Shown here: piece by piece, positions 12,925-25,400 of the stretch | Layout: each line of letters begins with the position of its first letter | Numbering within the stretch: position 1 is the stretch's first letter | DNA from: Mobula hypostoma | Lineage: Eukaryota | Reading direction: 5' to 3' | NCBI RefSeq assembly: GCF_963921235.1 | Contig: NC_086108.1 | Coordinates: 25,730,001-25,794,000, forward strand | DNA length: 64,000 bases | Notes under the pieces: model-generated | Told to the model about the DNA's origin: nothing | The model's database searches: none | What the model saw: only the letters and a program-made list of their open reading frames with translations | Position numbers and translations under genes: made by a program

Positions 12925-13310
12925 CATGGCTCTGACAGGGGCTTTTTCATCAGGTGCAGAAATTTCTTCTCTACGCTGTCCTGAATGGCCAGCATTTGTT
13001 ATCAGACTGTGACCCCGAGACCTAGATACAGCAGCCAGGGGAATCATCAATTCGGCATTCAGCCTGTAAGCTCTATGAGTTTCAATGAGGTCATTTCTCG
13101 TTCTTCTGAAGAGAGTATAGGCATCTTCTACTTTATTTCTCCTTATATAATAGAATCACCATCCCAGTAATCAATGTGGTGAACCTTCATTGCACTCTCT
13201 CTTACACAAGTAGATCCATCCTTAAGGAAGGAGTCAAAATCAGGACACAATTTTCCAGATGCAGTCTCACTGGGGCCCCTTATAACTACTGGAAGACATC
13301 TCTATCTTTT
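12925..13310 (-). mobile_element. Very old CR1-like fragment
   Basis: Degenerate PHLENCVL, RRFTTLI and RNDLIET motifs on the minus strand. Confidence 0.55.
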
Positions 13311-13649
13311 TACAAAGTCTGTAGCTTACCATGAGCAGTAAAGCAATGCCTGGGACATCTTTACTGTGCAAACTATGAAGCAATTTATTAAATAATCAAT
13401 GAACACATAAATAATACACAGGTTGTATATATGCAGCAGAAATTGCACCATCTCTCCAAAGGGAACAACCACAAAATGTTGCAAATCTAAATGCTAAAAT
13501 CAAATGGTTTATCTACAACTCCCTGCTGTCTACTTTCTTATGAGCTGTGAGAACCAACTAAGATTAATCTGCTTCTCAATGAGGATCTTATTTTCTTTGA
13601 ATAAGCCTCCAAAGAAAAATTTCCAGCTGCTGGCTGCAGTCATAAATGA

Positions 13650-13782
13650 AAATAAAAGAGCTGGAGATGCCGGAAATCTGGAACAAAACCAGAAAATGTT
13701 GGAAACACTTAGCAGATCAAGCAGCGTCTATGGAAAACAAATGATTAACATTTCAGATTCCATGACCTTTCATCAGAGCTGT
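13650..13782 (-). mobile_element. Old PLE terminal fragment with decayed hammerhead
   Basis: Minus strand CUGAUGA-AAGGUCAUGGAAUCU-GAAA-UGUU at about 13743-13780, followed by the pLTR-type CAGCATCT tail. Confidence 0.6.
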
Positions 13783-13921
13783 TTCCAAAGGCTGTGAGAT
13801 GTTTGCTCCTACGTGAAGCCTGATATACAGTACTGTGAAAACTCTTAGGCTCATACAATCCACACACATCAAAGTTGCTGGTGAACACAGCAGGCCAGGC
13901 AGCATCTCTAGGAAGAGGTAC

Positions 13922-13957
13922 AGTCGACGTTTCGGGCCGAAACCCTTCGTCAGGACT
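13922..13957 (-). ncRNA. Minimal type I hammerhead ribozyme, intact core
   Basis: AGUC-CUGACGA-A-GGGU(UUCG)GCCC-GAAA-CGUC-GACU: stem I AGUC/GACU, stem II with UUCG loop, ACGU palindrome, GUC cleavage triplet. Confidence 0.85.
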
Positions 13958-14781
13958 AACTGAAAGAAGAGCTAGAAAGAGATTTGAAAGTTGGAGGGGG
14001 AGGGGGAGATCCAAAATGATAGGAGAAGACAGGAGGGGGAGGGATGGAGCCAAGAGCTGGACAGGTGATTGACAAAAGGGATATGAGAGGATCATGGGAC
14101 AGGAGGCCTAGGGAAAAAGAAAAGGAGGAGGGGGGGGAAACCCAGAGGATGGGCAAGGGGTATAGTCAGAGGGACAGAGGGAGAAAAAGGAGAGAGAGAA
14201 AAAGAATGTGTGTATATAAATAAATAACGGATGGGGTACGAGGGGGAGGTGGGGCATTAGCAGAAGTTTGAGAAGTCAATGTTCATGCCATCAGGTTGGA
14301 GGCTACCCAGACGGAATATAAGGTGTTCACACACATCAAAGTTGCTGGTGAATGCAGCAGGCCAGGCAGCATCTTTAGGAAGAGGTGCAGTCGACGTTTC
14401 AGGCTGAGAATGCTGCTGCGTTCACCAGCAACTTTGATGTGTGTGTCCTGATGGTATGAACATTGACTTCTCAAACTTCCGCTAATGCCTCACCTCCCCC
14501 TCATACTCCATCCGTTATTTATTTATATACACATTCTTTTTCTCTCTCTCCTTTTTCTCCCTCTGTCCCTCTCACTATACCCCTTTCCCATCCTCTGGGT
14601 TTCCCCCCCTCCTCCTTTTCTTTCTGCCTAAGCCTCCTGTCCCATGAGCCTCTCATATCCGTTTTGCCAATCACCTGTCCAGCTCTTGGCTCCATCCCTC
14701 CCCCTCCTGTCTTCTCCTATCATTTTGGATCTCCCCCTCCCCCTCCCACTTACAAATCTCTTACTAGCTCTTCTTTCAGTT

Positions 14782-14817
14782 AGTCCTGACGAAGGGTCTC
14801 GGCCCAAAACGTTGACT
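14782..14817 (+). ncRNA. Hammerhead motif, core mutated (GAAA to AAAA, GUC to GUU)
   Basis: AGTC-CTGACGA-AGGGTCTCGGCCC-AAAA-CGTT-GACT. Confidence 0.55.
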
Positions 14818-17800
14818 GTACCTCTTCCTAGAGATGCTGCCTGGCCTGCTGGGTTCACCAGCAACTTAGATGTCTGTGGCTTGAATTTCCAGCATCTGCA
14901 GATTTCCTCGTGTTAGGCTCATACAATATATTTTTGTCAATATGGAGTTAAGAGCAAGTTGCGGGAGAAAATGGCGTTTGGAATGGCAAGGGTGGAGTGG
15001 CATGGAAATGGTGTAGGACAGCTGGCACACAAGGGGCACCATGGCAGGGTGGTGGTATTGATGCATGCACATTCAGTCTGGAGATACCAGGCAGGGTTAT
15101 TTGATTCCAAACAATTGGTTTATTGATCATTACAGAAAGTTTCTCTGGTGTTTCCTGCTGTCTTCCCTTTCCTTTCCCCTTTTCCCAACTATGATCCCCC
15201 TCTCCCTGCCCCTTTCCCATTCTCAGTCCACAACAGAGACCCACATCGGAATCAGGTTTATCATCACTCACATATGTCAAGAAACCTGATTTTTTTTTGC
15301 GGCATTAGTTGAGTACAATACATAAAATTACTACAGTACTGAGCAAAAGTCTAGGGCACCATAGCTATATATAAAGTATGTGCCTGCGAGGTCCCATTTC
15401 ATATAGCAAAATTAAAATCGTAAAGCTATTTCAATCCAATGCTATCAGCAATTGAGATGATTTATCAGTTTAGAATCTGCAAATAGATCAGGAGAGAATT
15501 CAGTGTCTACAGAGATTTTAAAATAACCTGTTGCAGTGCTGCAACTTCAATGCATTCTTCCATCTCACACTGTCAAATAACTTTGAGCATAAATTGATAA
15601 GCATGCTCCATCTAAGTTACAAACGTCCCATATTCTAACAGGCATGTGACATATGGAAATGATCTCTAGAAATGCACATAACATTAAGGAAAGCCACCAA
15701 AGTGTGGAGTACACTTTAAACAGTATATACTGTGTATCAATCATAGTGATAGAAATAAAACAAAATTAATGATTAATAGTCAAGATTTCAGAATGAATAT
15801 TGACATAGACATTGATTTCTCCATCATGAGAACAGTTAAAAATGACCTGATATCCAATAAACCATCATCAGCAAAAAAAGTTGGCCAATCCCTGGCAACA
15901 AGAAGGAAAATGAAATGCTGTCCTCCAAGATAGGCTAACTAATCATTCTGGCTGATTTTGTGAACAAACCTGGGGAAAAATTAGCTTACAGAATTACGGA
16001 TTGTTTTGAACATATACTTGGTTATAAATACATCACAAATATCTTGAATGAAAACTTCAGAATAATAGGAAGGTCTGTTCAAAACTCATATTCGGTTATT
16101 AAAATAGTGCCAAATTTTCAAATGTTTGAAACAAGTACCAAATAACTTATTGTAAATCCAGATGATTATCCTATGCATTCAAAGCTCAAATCAACAAGCA
16201 GCTTAACAAACTGGAAAAGCAGTATGTGTCTGTGAAGGTATCACAACATGATTGACTGACCTCATGATCATAGATGTTGAAGACTTTAACTCAGACTGAT
16301 AATAGAACAGTGGATGATAAGTCATGCCCTGTCCCAATATCCCAGGATTGGAATTGGTGATGGATGTTCACAATTTGAGCTGACAAAGGATTAGTGCAAT
16401 TTAATGTTGAGAAAGAAAGACAGTTCTTCCTCACGTCTAATATCCATAAAGGAAAGTTTACTGAGCTTTCTATTAGGTAAAAGACTCACCAAAACTATTC
16501 TAGATGACTGCTTAAGATGTTACAGAGGATTGAACAATGTACAATCAGAATGATATTCTAAGTGCAAATGCCAAGGATGAAGAGACGCCCTCAGCATTAA
16601 GTCACACATCCGTGAATTAATGAAAGCAGACTGCAGACTTTCAAAGGTTAAGTTACAGCTTCATCAGAATCAGAACTAATAAACATGACTGAGCACTGCT
16701 CATTTCTCCATGTGATCCAACATAATGCAGGATTTCCAGCCAACCTTTTCACAGTGCTGACTCCACCACCAAAGAAAGGCAAAATTATGGCAGTGGCACA
16801 TTAGTAAACTGAGTGCAACAAGAGTAGAAAAGACCTTAGTAGCAAGTCCTTTTTAGGTTACAACACACTTATGATGCACTAATCTTGCTTACAATGAACA
16901 CTTCCAAATGTAGATCCGCCCTAGTCACGCCATGGGTGGTGGTCATGAGAAGCTGATGGATTACACATCACAAACACACAGACCCAACCACCCGCTCATA
17001 TGGAGAAGAAGGCATTGATCATTATGTTTAGTGTTACACATTTGAGCAATCTTGCCGTGAAGACCACACACACTCATTGCTGATACCCTGTCTTTATTAG
17101 ACATTCTGGGATCAAATTCTGTAATTCCCTTGATCTCAGCATCTATATTTTTGTGCCTCAATGCAACCCTAATGTTGAGGACAGGGAGTCTAGCAATATG
17201 CCACTCCAGATGTCTTGTCACAACAGTGAAATTCATTAGCTGTTAACTGAGTTTGATGTAAGTAAATGAATACACATTAAATGAATGGAATGATTCAGAA
17301 ACATGTCTGAATGGAGACATGAAGCCATTTCATGATTTGTGCCTACAAACCAAGGTTGCTTAAAAGTAGGGACACAGGTTCATAATTTCAAAGGAATTGC
17401 AAAGTGTATTTTACCTACCAACCTAGCATAGACCAAAAAATGGAAGAGCCAGCCAGTCGATGTAGTTTGTCAATTGGTCATATGAATAAATCATGTCAAA
17501 ATTGTACTTCATTCTCTCTATTGTAATGTAAGGCTACTTTCTCTTCTTCCTGTTAAATACATAAGATTCATCTGATTTTCATTAATCCAAAACAGGCCTA
17601 CACCTTTGCTCTTTGCTCAAGGAGGATAGACTGCATGTTGTTATACATGTCTAACTATAATCCTTGTATTCATAGCTCTCCCTGAAAAGTCTCCACCTTC
17701 AGAATCCTTGAAGAGTTCAACATCTAATTTTGTCATATTTGGTCCCTCCTCAATTTACAGCTGCACCTTCAGCTTGCCACAGCCTCTTGGCCTCTGTTCT

Positions 17801-17846
17801 TCCTTCTCCTCCAAAATGCTGCATAAAACCTCTTTGTCAGCCATTT

Positions 17847-18465
17847 TTTTTTAGATTATGAGTACAGGCAGTCCTCTTTTATTGTCATTTAGTAGTACAT
17901 GCATTACGAAATGATACAATATTCCTCCGGTGTGATATCACAGAAACACAGGACAGACCAAGACTGAAAAACTAACAAAAACCATATAATTATAACATAT
18001 AGTTACAACAGTGCAAACAATACCATAACTTGATGAGCACAGTAAAAAAGTTCAAAGTCTTTCGAAAGTCCCACATCTCACGCAGACGGGAGAAGGAAGA
18101 AAACTCTCCCTACCATGCCTGACAACAGTCCGACTCTGATTCATCTGAAAACTTCGAGCTCCAATCAGCCCTCCGACACCGAGTACTGAGCACCATCTCT
18201 ACCGAATGCTTCAACGCCAACCTTGATCGCCAGCAGCAGGCAAAGCCGAGGATTCTGGGGCCTTCCCTCCAGAGATTCTCAATCGCACAGTAGCAGCGGC
18301 AGCGAACCAGGCATTTCAGAAATTTCTCCGGATGTTCTTCTGTGCCTTCTCACGTCTGTCTCCGTCAAATCAGAATTGTGCACGGCATCCTACTTACAAA
18401 TACAATATCATTTCACCGGAGAGCTGTGAACGCTGCGTCGTGCCGCCATCTTCTCCTCCCACCTA
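17847..18465 (-). mobile_element. Non-autonomous retroposon with AAGATGGCG 5' end and Rex1-type 3' tail
   Basis: Minus strand starts GGGAGGAGAAGATGGCGGC and ends ATGACAATAAAAGAGG...; CpG-rich; no ORF. Confidence 0.6.
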
Positions 18466-18597
18466 ATACTGTTATCCGTTTTTCATCCATTCTATTATTT
18501 CATCATGGATTGGTTTAAAGTTGGTCTCTACTATTCCTCTGAAGTGGAATTAGAATGTTTTACAACAAACATTGCAAAATAAATTTTGCACAATCAA

Positions 18598-18880
18598 TAT
18601 CCTACTGTTGTCAGACTATTGAACAGTCCCCATGGCACAATAAGATGGATTCTTGGCCTCACAATCCATCTCGTTATGGTATTGTACCTTATTGTCTGCC
18701 TGCACTACACTTTGTTTGTAAATGTAAACACATTTCCTGCATTCTGTTATTGTTTTTCCCTTTGTACTACCTTGATGTATGGATGTGACAAAACGATCTG
18801 TATAGATAGCATGCAAAAGAAAGTCTTTCACTGTACATTGGTACACGTAGTAATAATAAACCAAATTACTAATTTATCAA
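18598..18880 (+). mobile_element. Rex1-type LINE 3' UTR fragment
   Basis: YPTVVRLLN C-terminus; related copies on the minus strand at 54160-54545 and 61115-61255. Confidence 0.65.
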
Positions 18881-19119
18881 ATGTGCTGTTAGGAAAATGT
18901 ATTTTAAGCAGCATTTTGAAAAAATGCGTTCATTCATATTTTTCAACAAAGTACCTTCATCTTTGTGAAATTCTTTCACTCTTCTATTTTATTTCTGTTT
19001 ATTGCCAACTTTTTAGTATTTAATCATTGAATTGATGAAGTCCAGAAAGTGGTTTTTCAGCCTATTGAATCTATACTGGTCCTAAATAGGGCAATTCAAT
19101 CAATCCCATACTCTTGTTA

Positions 19120-19330
19120 GAGTAATTGAGTGATAGAAAAGTCCAACACAGAAAACGGCCCTTCAGCCCATCTAGTCTATGACGAACCATTTAAACTGCC
19201 TACTCCCATCAACCTGCTACAGTCCCCGGTATCCCTACCATCCAAGTACCTAGCCAAACTTCTCTCAAATCTTGAAATCATGCTTGAATGCACCATGCTC
19301 TGAGTGAAGAGGGTTTTCCCTGAAGTTCTG
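19120..19330 (-). mobile_element. Old CR1 3' fragment
   Basis: CR1/HE1-type 3' end GGCCCTTCAGCCCATC on the plus strand. Confidence 0.55.
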
Positions 19331-19594
19331 CAATTAACTTTCCCTCAAGTGTCTATCCATTATCTTTTCAAAGCTGCAAAGTGGATCTGTTTCTGAGCTC
19401 CAGATTATAACCACATGCTGTGTGGTAAAAGCTTTTCCTCGTGTATCCGCAGTATTCTGTGACACTTCCACATTAATTTTGTATCCCATGTTCTTGAATA
19501 ATTTGTGAACAGGAACAACATCATAAAACAGTCTTGATATTCTATGCCAACTCCTCTCAATCTTCTTTGTTTCAATTAACATAACTTCGGTGAA

Positions 19595-20610
19595 CAAATG
19601 CAAAATTCTGAATGAATTCAGAATTCAGCAGGTCAGGCAGCATCTATGGAGAGAAAGAAGCATTCAATGTGTTGGGCTGAGACATCAGGAGTGGAGAGGA
19701 AGGAGGAAGAAGCCAGAATAGGAAGATGGAGGAAGGAAAGGAGGACAAGCTAGCAGGTAATAGATGAGACCAGGTGAGGGGCAAGGTAGGCAGGTGGGGA
19801 GGGGGATCAGTGAGGAAAGACAAGTGGACCAATAGAGAGAGATCCTTGCAGTTAAGGACAAATGTGTCTAGTGGGAGGATCTCGTTGAAGATGGCGGCGG
19901 AAGTTATGGAGAATGATATGCTGGTTGCAGAGCCTTGTGGTGCGATAGGTTTCAAGAAGAACTCTTGTCCTATTATAGTGGCGGGAAGAAGGGGTGAGAG
20001 CAGTTGTCTGATAAATGGAGCAGATGCGAGTGAGGGCAGCATCAATGTTAGGAGAATAGAAACCCCATACTTTGAAAAATTGAAAAAGGAGGACATCTCA
20101 GATGTTCTCAGTTGGAAAGCTTCATCCCAAGAACAGATGTTGCAGAGATGGAGAAATGAAGAAAAAGGAAAAGTGACAGGGTGGGAAGCGGTCAGTCAAG
20201 ATAGCTGTGAGACTTAGTAGGTTTATAAAAGATATCAATAGACGATTTGTCTCCAGAGATTGAGAAAAAGGAGAGAGGTGTCAGCAATGGACCAAGTAAA
20301 TTTGAGGTCAGGGTGGAGGTCAGAGAGAAAGTTGATGACATTTACAAGCTCAGCAGGAATTGGCACCATTGTAGTGCGGAAAGAGAAATGAGCATTAGCG
20401 GTGTGGGCTTCGAATGAGGACTGTTGCACTTAACCAACAAAAAGGCAGGCATACTGGGGCTGTGTGGAGCCCATGGTTACATCTTAGGTTTGTCGAGAGT
20501 GAGGTCACGTTCTAGATGGAGGAGGGTGGTGGTGATGGTGGTGGAAGAACTGATTATATCTGTCATCTAGAAAGAAGCAGAAAGCTTTGAGACCTTCCTG
20601 ATGGGGGATC
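19595..20610 (-). mobile_element. Degenerate Penelope-like element (RT C-terminus to pLTR, internally deleted)
   Basis: ORF 20235-20429 ELVNVINFLSDLHPDLKFTWSIADTSLLFL; ORF 19644-20096 starts MSSFF; pLTR-like end near 19620-19690. Confidence 0.8.
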
Positions 20611-21134
20611 CTGGCTTCTCTCTCCTTGTCTTGGAACTGAAAGTCCACACCCTTGGAGATGTTCCAGTAAATTTCTTCTCTGGGGTTTTCAGATGTTTTC
20701 TAAAGTGTAGTAATCATGGATATAGATCCAAACCCTGCTAAATGCATGTGATTCAATTTGCAACCATAGTGTTACCCAGCAGGATCCACAACAGTTTTAA
20801 TTTAAATTAGCTGAATTGTGTTGGTCTCATTTAACCGGGTACATGCATTAAGTCAAAGATTGTTACATCATCTGCATTTGTATTGCAAAGCATTACAAGC
20901 CAAGGATTGCTCCCTGTCCGTTAACCATTCAACAATTAAACACATGGTTCCTTTTTACTGCTAAATGCAATAAATAATGAATGGCAATCTGGAACATTCT
21001 AAATTCTTCAGCTTTTAAAAGCCATTTGCTGAGTTCCCTTAGATTCATAGATGTGATTTGATAGCCAGCAGAGGAAATCAGAACTTTTTTGCATTGACAA
21101 TGTTTTGACAGCACTAATTAAACTCATTTAGCTT

Positions 21135-21650
21135 GTATGTGCTGTACTGCTGTTTTGTGGGGTGTATGGGGTGTCTAGGGAGGGGTAGCACCTCTGGTGG
21201 GGGCGCCTGCTGTGCCTTTTTCCGGGCAGCTCATCCACCTTTGGTCCCCGCCTGGGGCTCAGCTCCAAGTAGCTGTAACATGCGCAGTGGCCACACCCCG
21301 ATAAACCGTCTTGGCGGACGGACCAAACCAGGTGAGGGTAGCCAACGGGTCTTCGACCCTCAGTGAGGTAGGGGATCTGCCTGTCCCAGTGTGTGAACTT
21401 TGTCCCTGGCAGATTGAGCGGAGGAGACCGAGTAATGGTCCAACGGTCAAAAAAGCAGGCCCAGCAGGCGTTGTGGAGCGCTAAGAGCACGACAAGACAC
21501 TTGGACGTCCTGGTCATCCACTGCAGCAGGAGAGGTCTCCAGCCGTAACGATTGTTTGTGCCACTAGATCAAGGTCTCTTCTGCAGAGAGAGTTGGATTG
21601 CCCCTGTGCAACGACTGTTCCACTTAAAACTCCATCACGCACAGGTTTCT
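21135..21650 (+). mobile_element. GC-rich RTE-type 5' UTR-like element
   Basis: Sharp GC/CpG-rich block in AT-rich flanks with pairing elements resembling an HDV-like ribozyme; family assignment by recognition only. Confidence 0.5.
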
Positions 21651-21729
21651 GTTGTGCAGTTCAGCTCAGCCCAAACTACAGATGAACTGCACATCAGCGT
21701 GGCTTCTTCGAATCTGAAGGACTACTACT

Positions 21730-22844
21730 CAGATATCCCACCCTGCAAAAACTCATTTCAGGGAGACAGCACCACCATTTCAGGGAGGTAGCACCCCTGC
21801 CCCCCGCAACCCCATATACAACCACCCCGGTCGATCTCCAAGGGCGCATGTATACGGGACATTTGATTATGAAAGAGCACAACAATTTATTTGACACATA
21901 TTGAAACTATTTACACACACACATATATATATATATGTTCCTTATTGAGTATTTTGTTGGCAATCTCAATGCTAATGCAAATAGCTTTTCTATTTCTTTT
22001 GCAAACTTTCCTTGTACTGTGATGTGGCTCTGCTGAAAAGAACTGTGAAATACTTGAGCAGCCTTTCCTGCGATTAGCCTCTCTAATATGTTGTGGTCTC
22101 TAAAAGAAATAAAAGCATAAGGTGTATCCTTATTCTGTTGTCTTATATAATACTTTGTTTAGTGATTTTGTCTAATCTGTAAACCAATCTGTAATCTGTA
22201 AACTGGGTACATGCAGAAAATGTGACATTAAAATATGTACCTATATATTGTCATGGAGTCGTTTTTTAATTCTATTACAACTTTAAGCACATCTACAGGG
22301 AGTTTGGCCCCATCGCGTCGGACATCAATAGAGTAGCTCCTTAGCGGCTGGCCAGCTAGTTTAAATAACATTAGCTATGCTAATGAACAAATAACACCTG
22401 TTAAACTCACCTCAACATGCCTTTTACAGTCATTTAACCCACCATGGGCAATAGAAAGGTCACTGTTGCAAACAGTGCAGCGAGCAACACTGTCATTATT
22501 TTTGACCCCTATTAGGCAGGGGTACACTTTAGCGTAGTCTGGGGTGAAGTGCGTTTTATAATTTCTTTTTTTGAAACACTTTGCCATGGCGGTTCAGGAC
22601 ACAAAACTGAACTGATGGAGAGACAGAGGTCGACTGTAAAGCCCGCCCACAGAGAAAACTGATAGATCTACGTAGCACAAAGAACGACCAATCAGGATGC
22701 TTGCTCTCACTCTCGCTCCTGATCATGCTCCCGCTCTCGCTCTCCCTCTCATTTCCAGGATATTGTATATAATTCATGGGCGTTAGGGAGCTGCTATGAA
22801 TATGCGGGAGACGCCCGGAACTTTCGGGATAGGTAGGATGTCTG
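21730..22844 (-). mobile_element. Non-autonomous hAT-like DNA transposon with first transposase exon
   Basis: TIRs CAGATATCCCACC / GGTAGGATGTCTG; flanks ACTACTACT at 21721-21729 and 22845-22853; ORF 22375-22587 CTVC...HGG.ND..RH zinc finger followed by a GAG/GTGAGT donor at 22410. Confidence 0.85.
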
Positions 22845-23249
22845 ACTACTACTGCTGATTTGTTAGTAAGCCCAGCCGTTCCTGCAGTTTAAGTTATTCC
22901 ACACGTGAACTATTTGCCATTTGCAACTTAATTTCTTTTCACAGATACGAGGCATATGTAAGCATTTCCAGTGCTGTAACGTTTGTAGACATTGCTTATC
23001 TATCAAGAGCATTGTTATATTTGTCCAGGCCCCTATTGTAGGGGTGAAATCCTTATCAGTGGTGTTAGTTTTGTTGCTGTTCCAGAAAGGAAGTGTTAGG
23101 AGGTTAGTCGGTCTCTAGTGTGTCGGTGAGTGATAGGATCTGGGGCAATTGAAGGCAATGTAGGGGAATTAAACAGGATTGGGGTAAATGGTGCTTGTTG
23201 TTGGTATCAAAAGTCAGCCAAAGGGACCATTTTCATATTGTATGACATA

Positions 23250-23760
23250 TAGTACTGTACAAAAGTCTTAGGCACACATATATATAGCTGGGGTGCCTAA
23301 GACTTCTGCAAAGTACTGTAGTAATTTTATGTATTGCACTGTACTGCTGCCGCAAAAAAAACCAAACAGATTTCATGACATGTGTGAGTGATGATAAACC
23401 TGACTCTGATTTGGGTCTCCATTGTGGATTGAGAGTGGGAAAGTGGCAGGGTGGTGGGAATTACGGCTGGGAAAAGGGGATGGGAAGGGTACGGAGCAGG
23501 AAGCACCAGAAGGACATTCTGTAATGATCAATAAACCAATTGTTTGGAATCAAATGATCTACAGCCACGCCACCCCCCACTCCTTCCCCTGGCACTACTT
23601 CTCTTCCAACTGTCCCATACCTCACCTTGACATTCCCAACATCCTTTGCTCCTGGCAGACTTACAAACTCGCTCACTGCTCTATTTGGACAAATACAGTG
23701 CTGTGCAAGTCTTCAGCACCCTTGCTAGATATATGTACCTAAGACTTTTGCACAGTACTG
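23250..23760. mobile_element. Tc1-like composite MITE: two ~70-bp TIR hairpins flanking a ~375-bp cargo
   Basis: TIR pairs at 23250-23318 and 23696-23760; TA flanks. Confidence 0.85.
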
Positions 23761-24306
23761 TAGGTTTATTTAAATGTCCTAGATTTTGTAATGAAGATCT
23801 CAAATGTAAGACTGTACTCAGTTACAACAACATTCCTGCCAAGAAATCTTACAATATTTTATGTGCTTGACAGACATTGTTTAATGCTGGCGAAATATAG
23901 CTGGGGAGAACAAAGAAAGACTACTATTATTTTTAGAGGTGCATAATGTTGTAATTTAAATTCTGGTATTTAAAACTAAAAATGCTTCGTGTCATATCAA
24001 GAATTACATGCATCCATTTATTACTCTTATCCAAAAATGGCAAGAGTCTCCATACAAAAGGCTGCCATTGATCAAAATCTGATTGATTTTATACTAAATT
24101 GCCAAGAAATTCCTGGTACAGTCTGCAACACGAAGCCTGCACACACAAAATACAAGGATAGCTGTTTTAATTGCAAGTCTAGGATATTAATCTTGAAAGA
24201 AGACAATTCTTACATGATGATTTTTGGTCAGATATTTCTGACAAAATAATGGCAGGTTAAAGGTGCTAATCATAATTCAGTGGTAAAACAGTAAAGAAAT
24301 CCAGCG

Positions 24307-25400
24307 ACAAACAAGAGAAAATCTGCAGAGGCTGGAAATCGAAGCAACACACTCAAAATGCTGGAGGATCTCAGCAGGCCAGGCAGCATCAATGGAAAAA
24401 AAGTACAGTCGACATTTTGGGCCAAAACCCTTCGTCAGGACCGGAGAAATAAAGCTGGGCAGTAGATTTAAAAAGTGGTGGGGAGGGGAGAGAGAACCAC
24501 CAGGTGATAGTTGAAACCTGTAGGGGGAGGGATGAAGTAAAGAGTTGGTAAGTTGATTGGTGAGATGAGGTGAGACAGGGAAAAAGGAATGGATAATGGA
24601 GAAGGGGTGGTGTGGGATTGGGGTGCATTGCTGGATGTTTGAGAAATCAATGTTAAGGCCATAAGCTCGGAGGCTACCCAAATGGAATATAAGATATTGT
24701 TCCTTCAACCTAAGTGTGGCCTCATCCCAACAGTGGAGGAGACATATCGGAATGGGAATGGAAAATGAAATTAAAATGGATTGCCACTGGAGACGGAGCG
24801 TAGATGCTCAGCAAAGCAGTCTCCCAACCTATGTCGGGTCTATCGATGTATAGGAGGCCACACCAGGAGCACCGAACACAGTAAATAACCCCAACAGACT
24901 CACAAGTGAAGTGTCGCCTCACCTGAAAGGACTGTTTAGGGCCATGATGATAGTGAGGGAGGAGGTGTAGGACTTGTTCCACTTGCAAGGATAAGTGTGA
25001 GGAAGGAGATCAGTGGGGAGGGATAAATGGAGAAGGGAGTCGCATAGGGAGCGATCCTTGCAGAAGACAGAAAGTAGGGGGGAGGTAAAGATGTGCTTGG
25101 TGGTGGGATCCCATTGGAAGTGGCGGAAGTTTAGGAGAATTATGTGCTGGACGTGGAGGCTGGTGGGCTGGTAACTAAGGACAAGGGGAACCCTATCCCC
25201 GGTAGCATGGTGGGAAGATGGGGTAAGAGCAAATCTGCGTGAAATGGAAGAGATGCAGTTGAGGGCAGTGTTGATGATGGAGGAAGGGAAGCCCCTTTCT
25301 TTGAAAAAGGAGGACATCTCCTTCATTCTAGAATGAAAAGCCTCATTTTGAGAGCAGATGTGGTAGAGACGGAGGAATTGAGAAAAGGGGATAGTGTTTT
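24307..25400 (-). mobile_element. Penelope-like element 3' part (GIY-YIG endonuclease, pLTR with decayed hammerhead at 24406-24441)
   Basis: ORFs 24919-25326, 24722-24988 (HFTCESVGVIYCVRC...LLYI) and 24277-24708. Confidence 0.9.

Larger units (their letters stand above)
13860..14912. mobile_element. Foldback Penelope-like insertion (two inverted 3'/pLTR arms)
   Basis: Arms 13861-14295 and 14447-14878 are reverse complements; 15-bp TSD TTAGGCTCATACAAT at 13845-13859 and 14913-14927. Confidence 0.92.
13828..15385. mobile_element. Tc1-like composite MITE (same family as 23250-23760), interrupted by a PLE
   Basis: TIR CAGTACTGTG-AAA-TCTTAGGC at 13828 and 15334; body 14928-15330 is the reverse complement of 23320-23695. 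Confidence 0.8.

Noticed and set aside
15400..17800. Repeat-poor stretches (also about 38520-40380 and 43200-45700) as conserved enhancers
   Set aside because: Conservation cannot be judged without alignments; no specific motif cluster or ORF supports a call.
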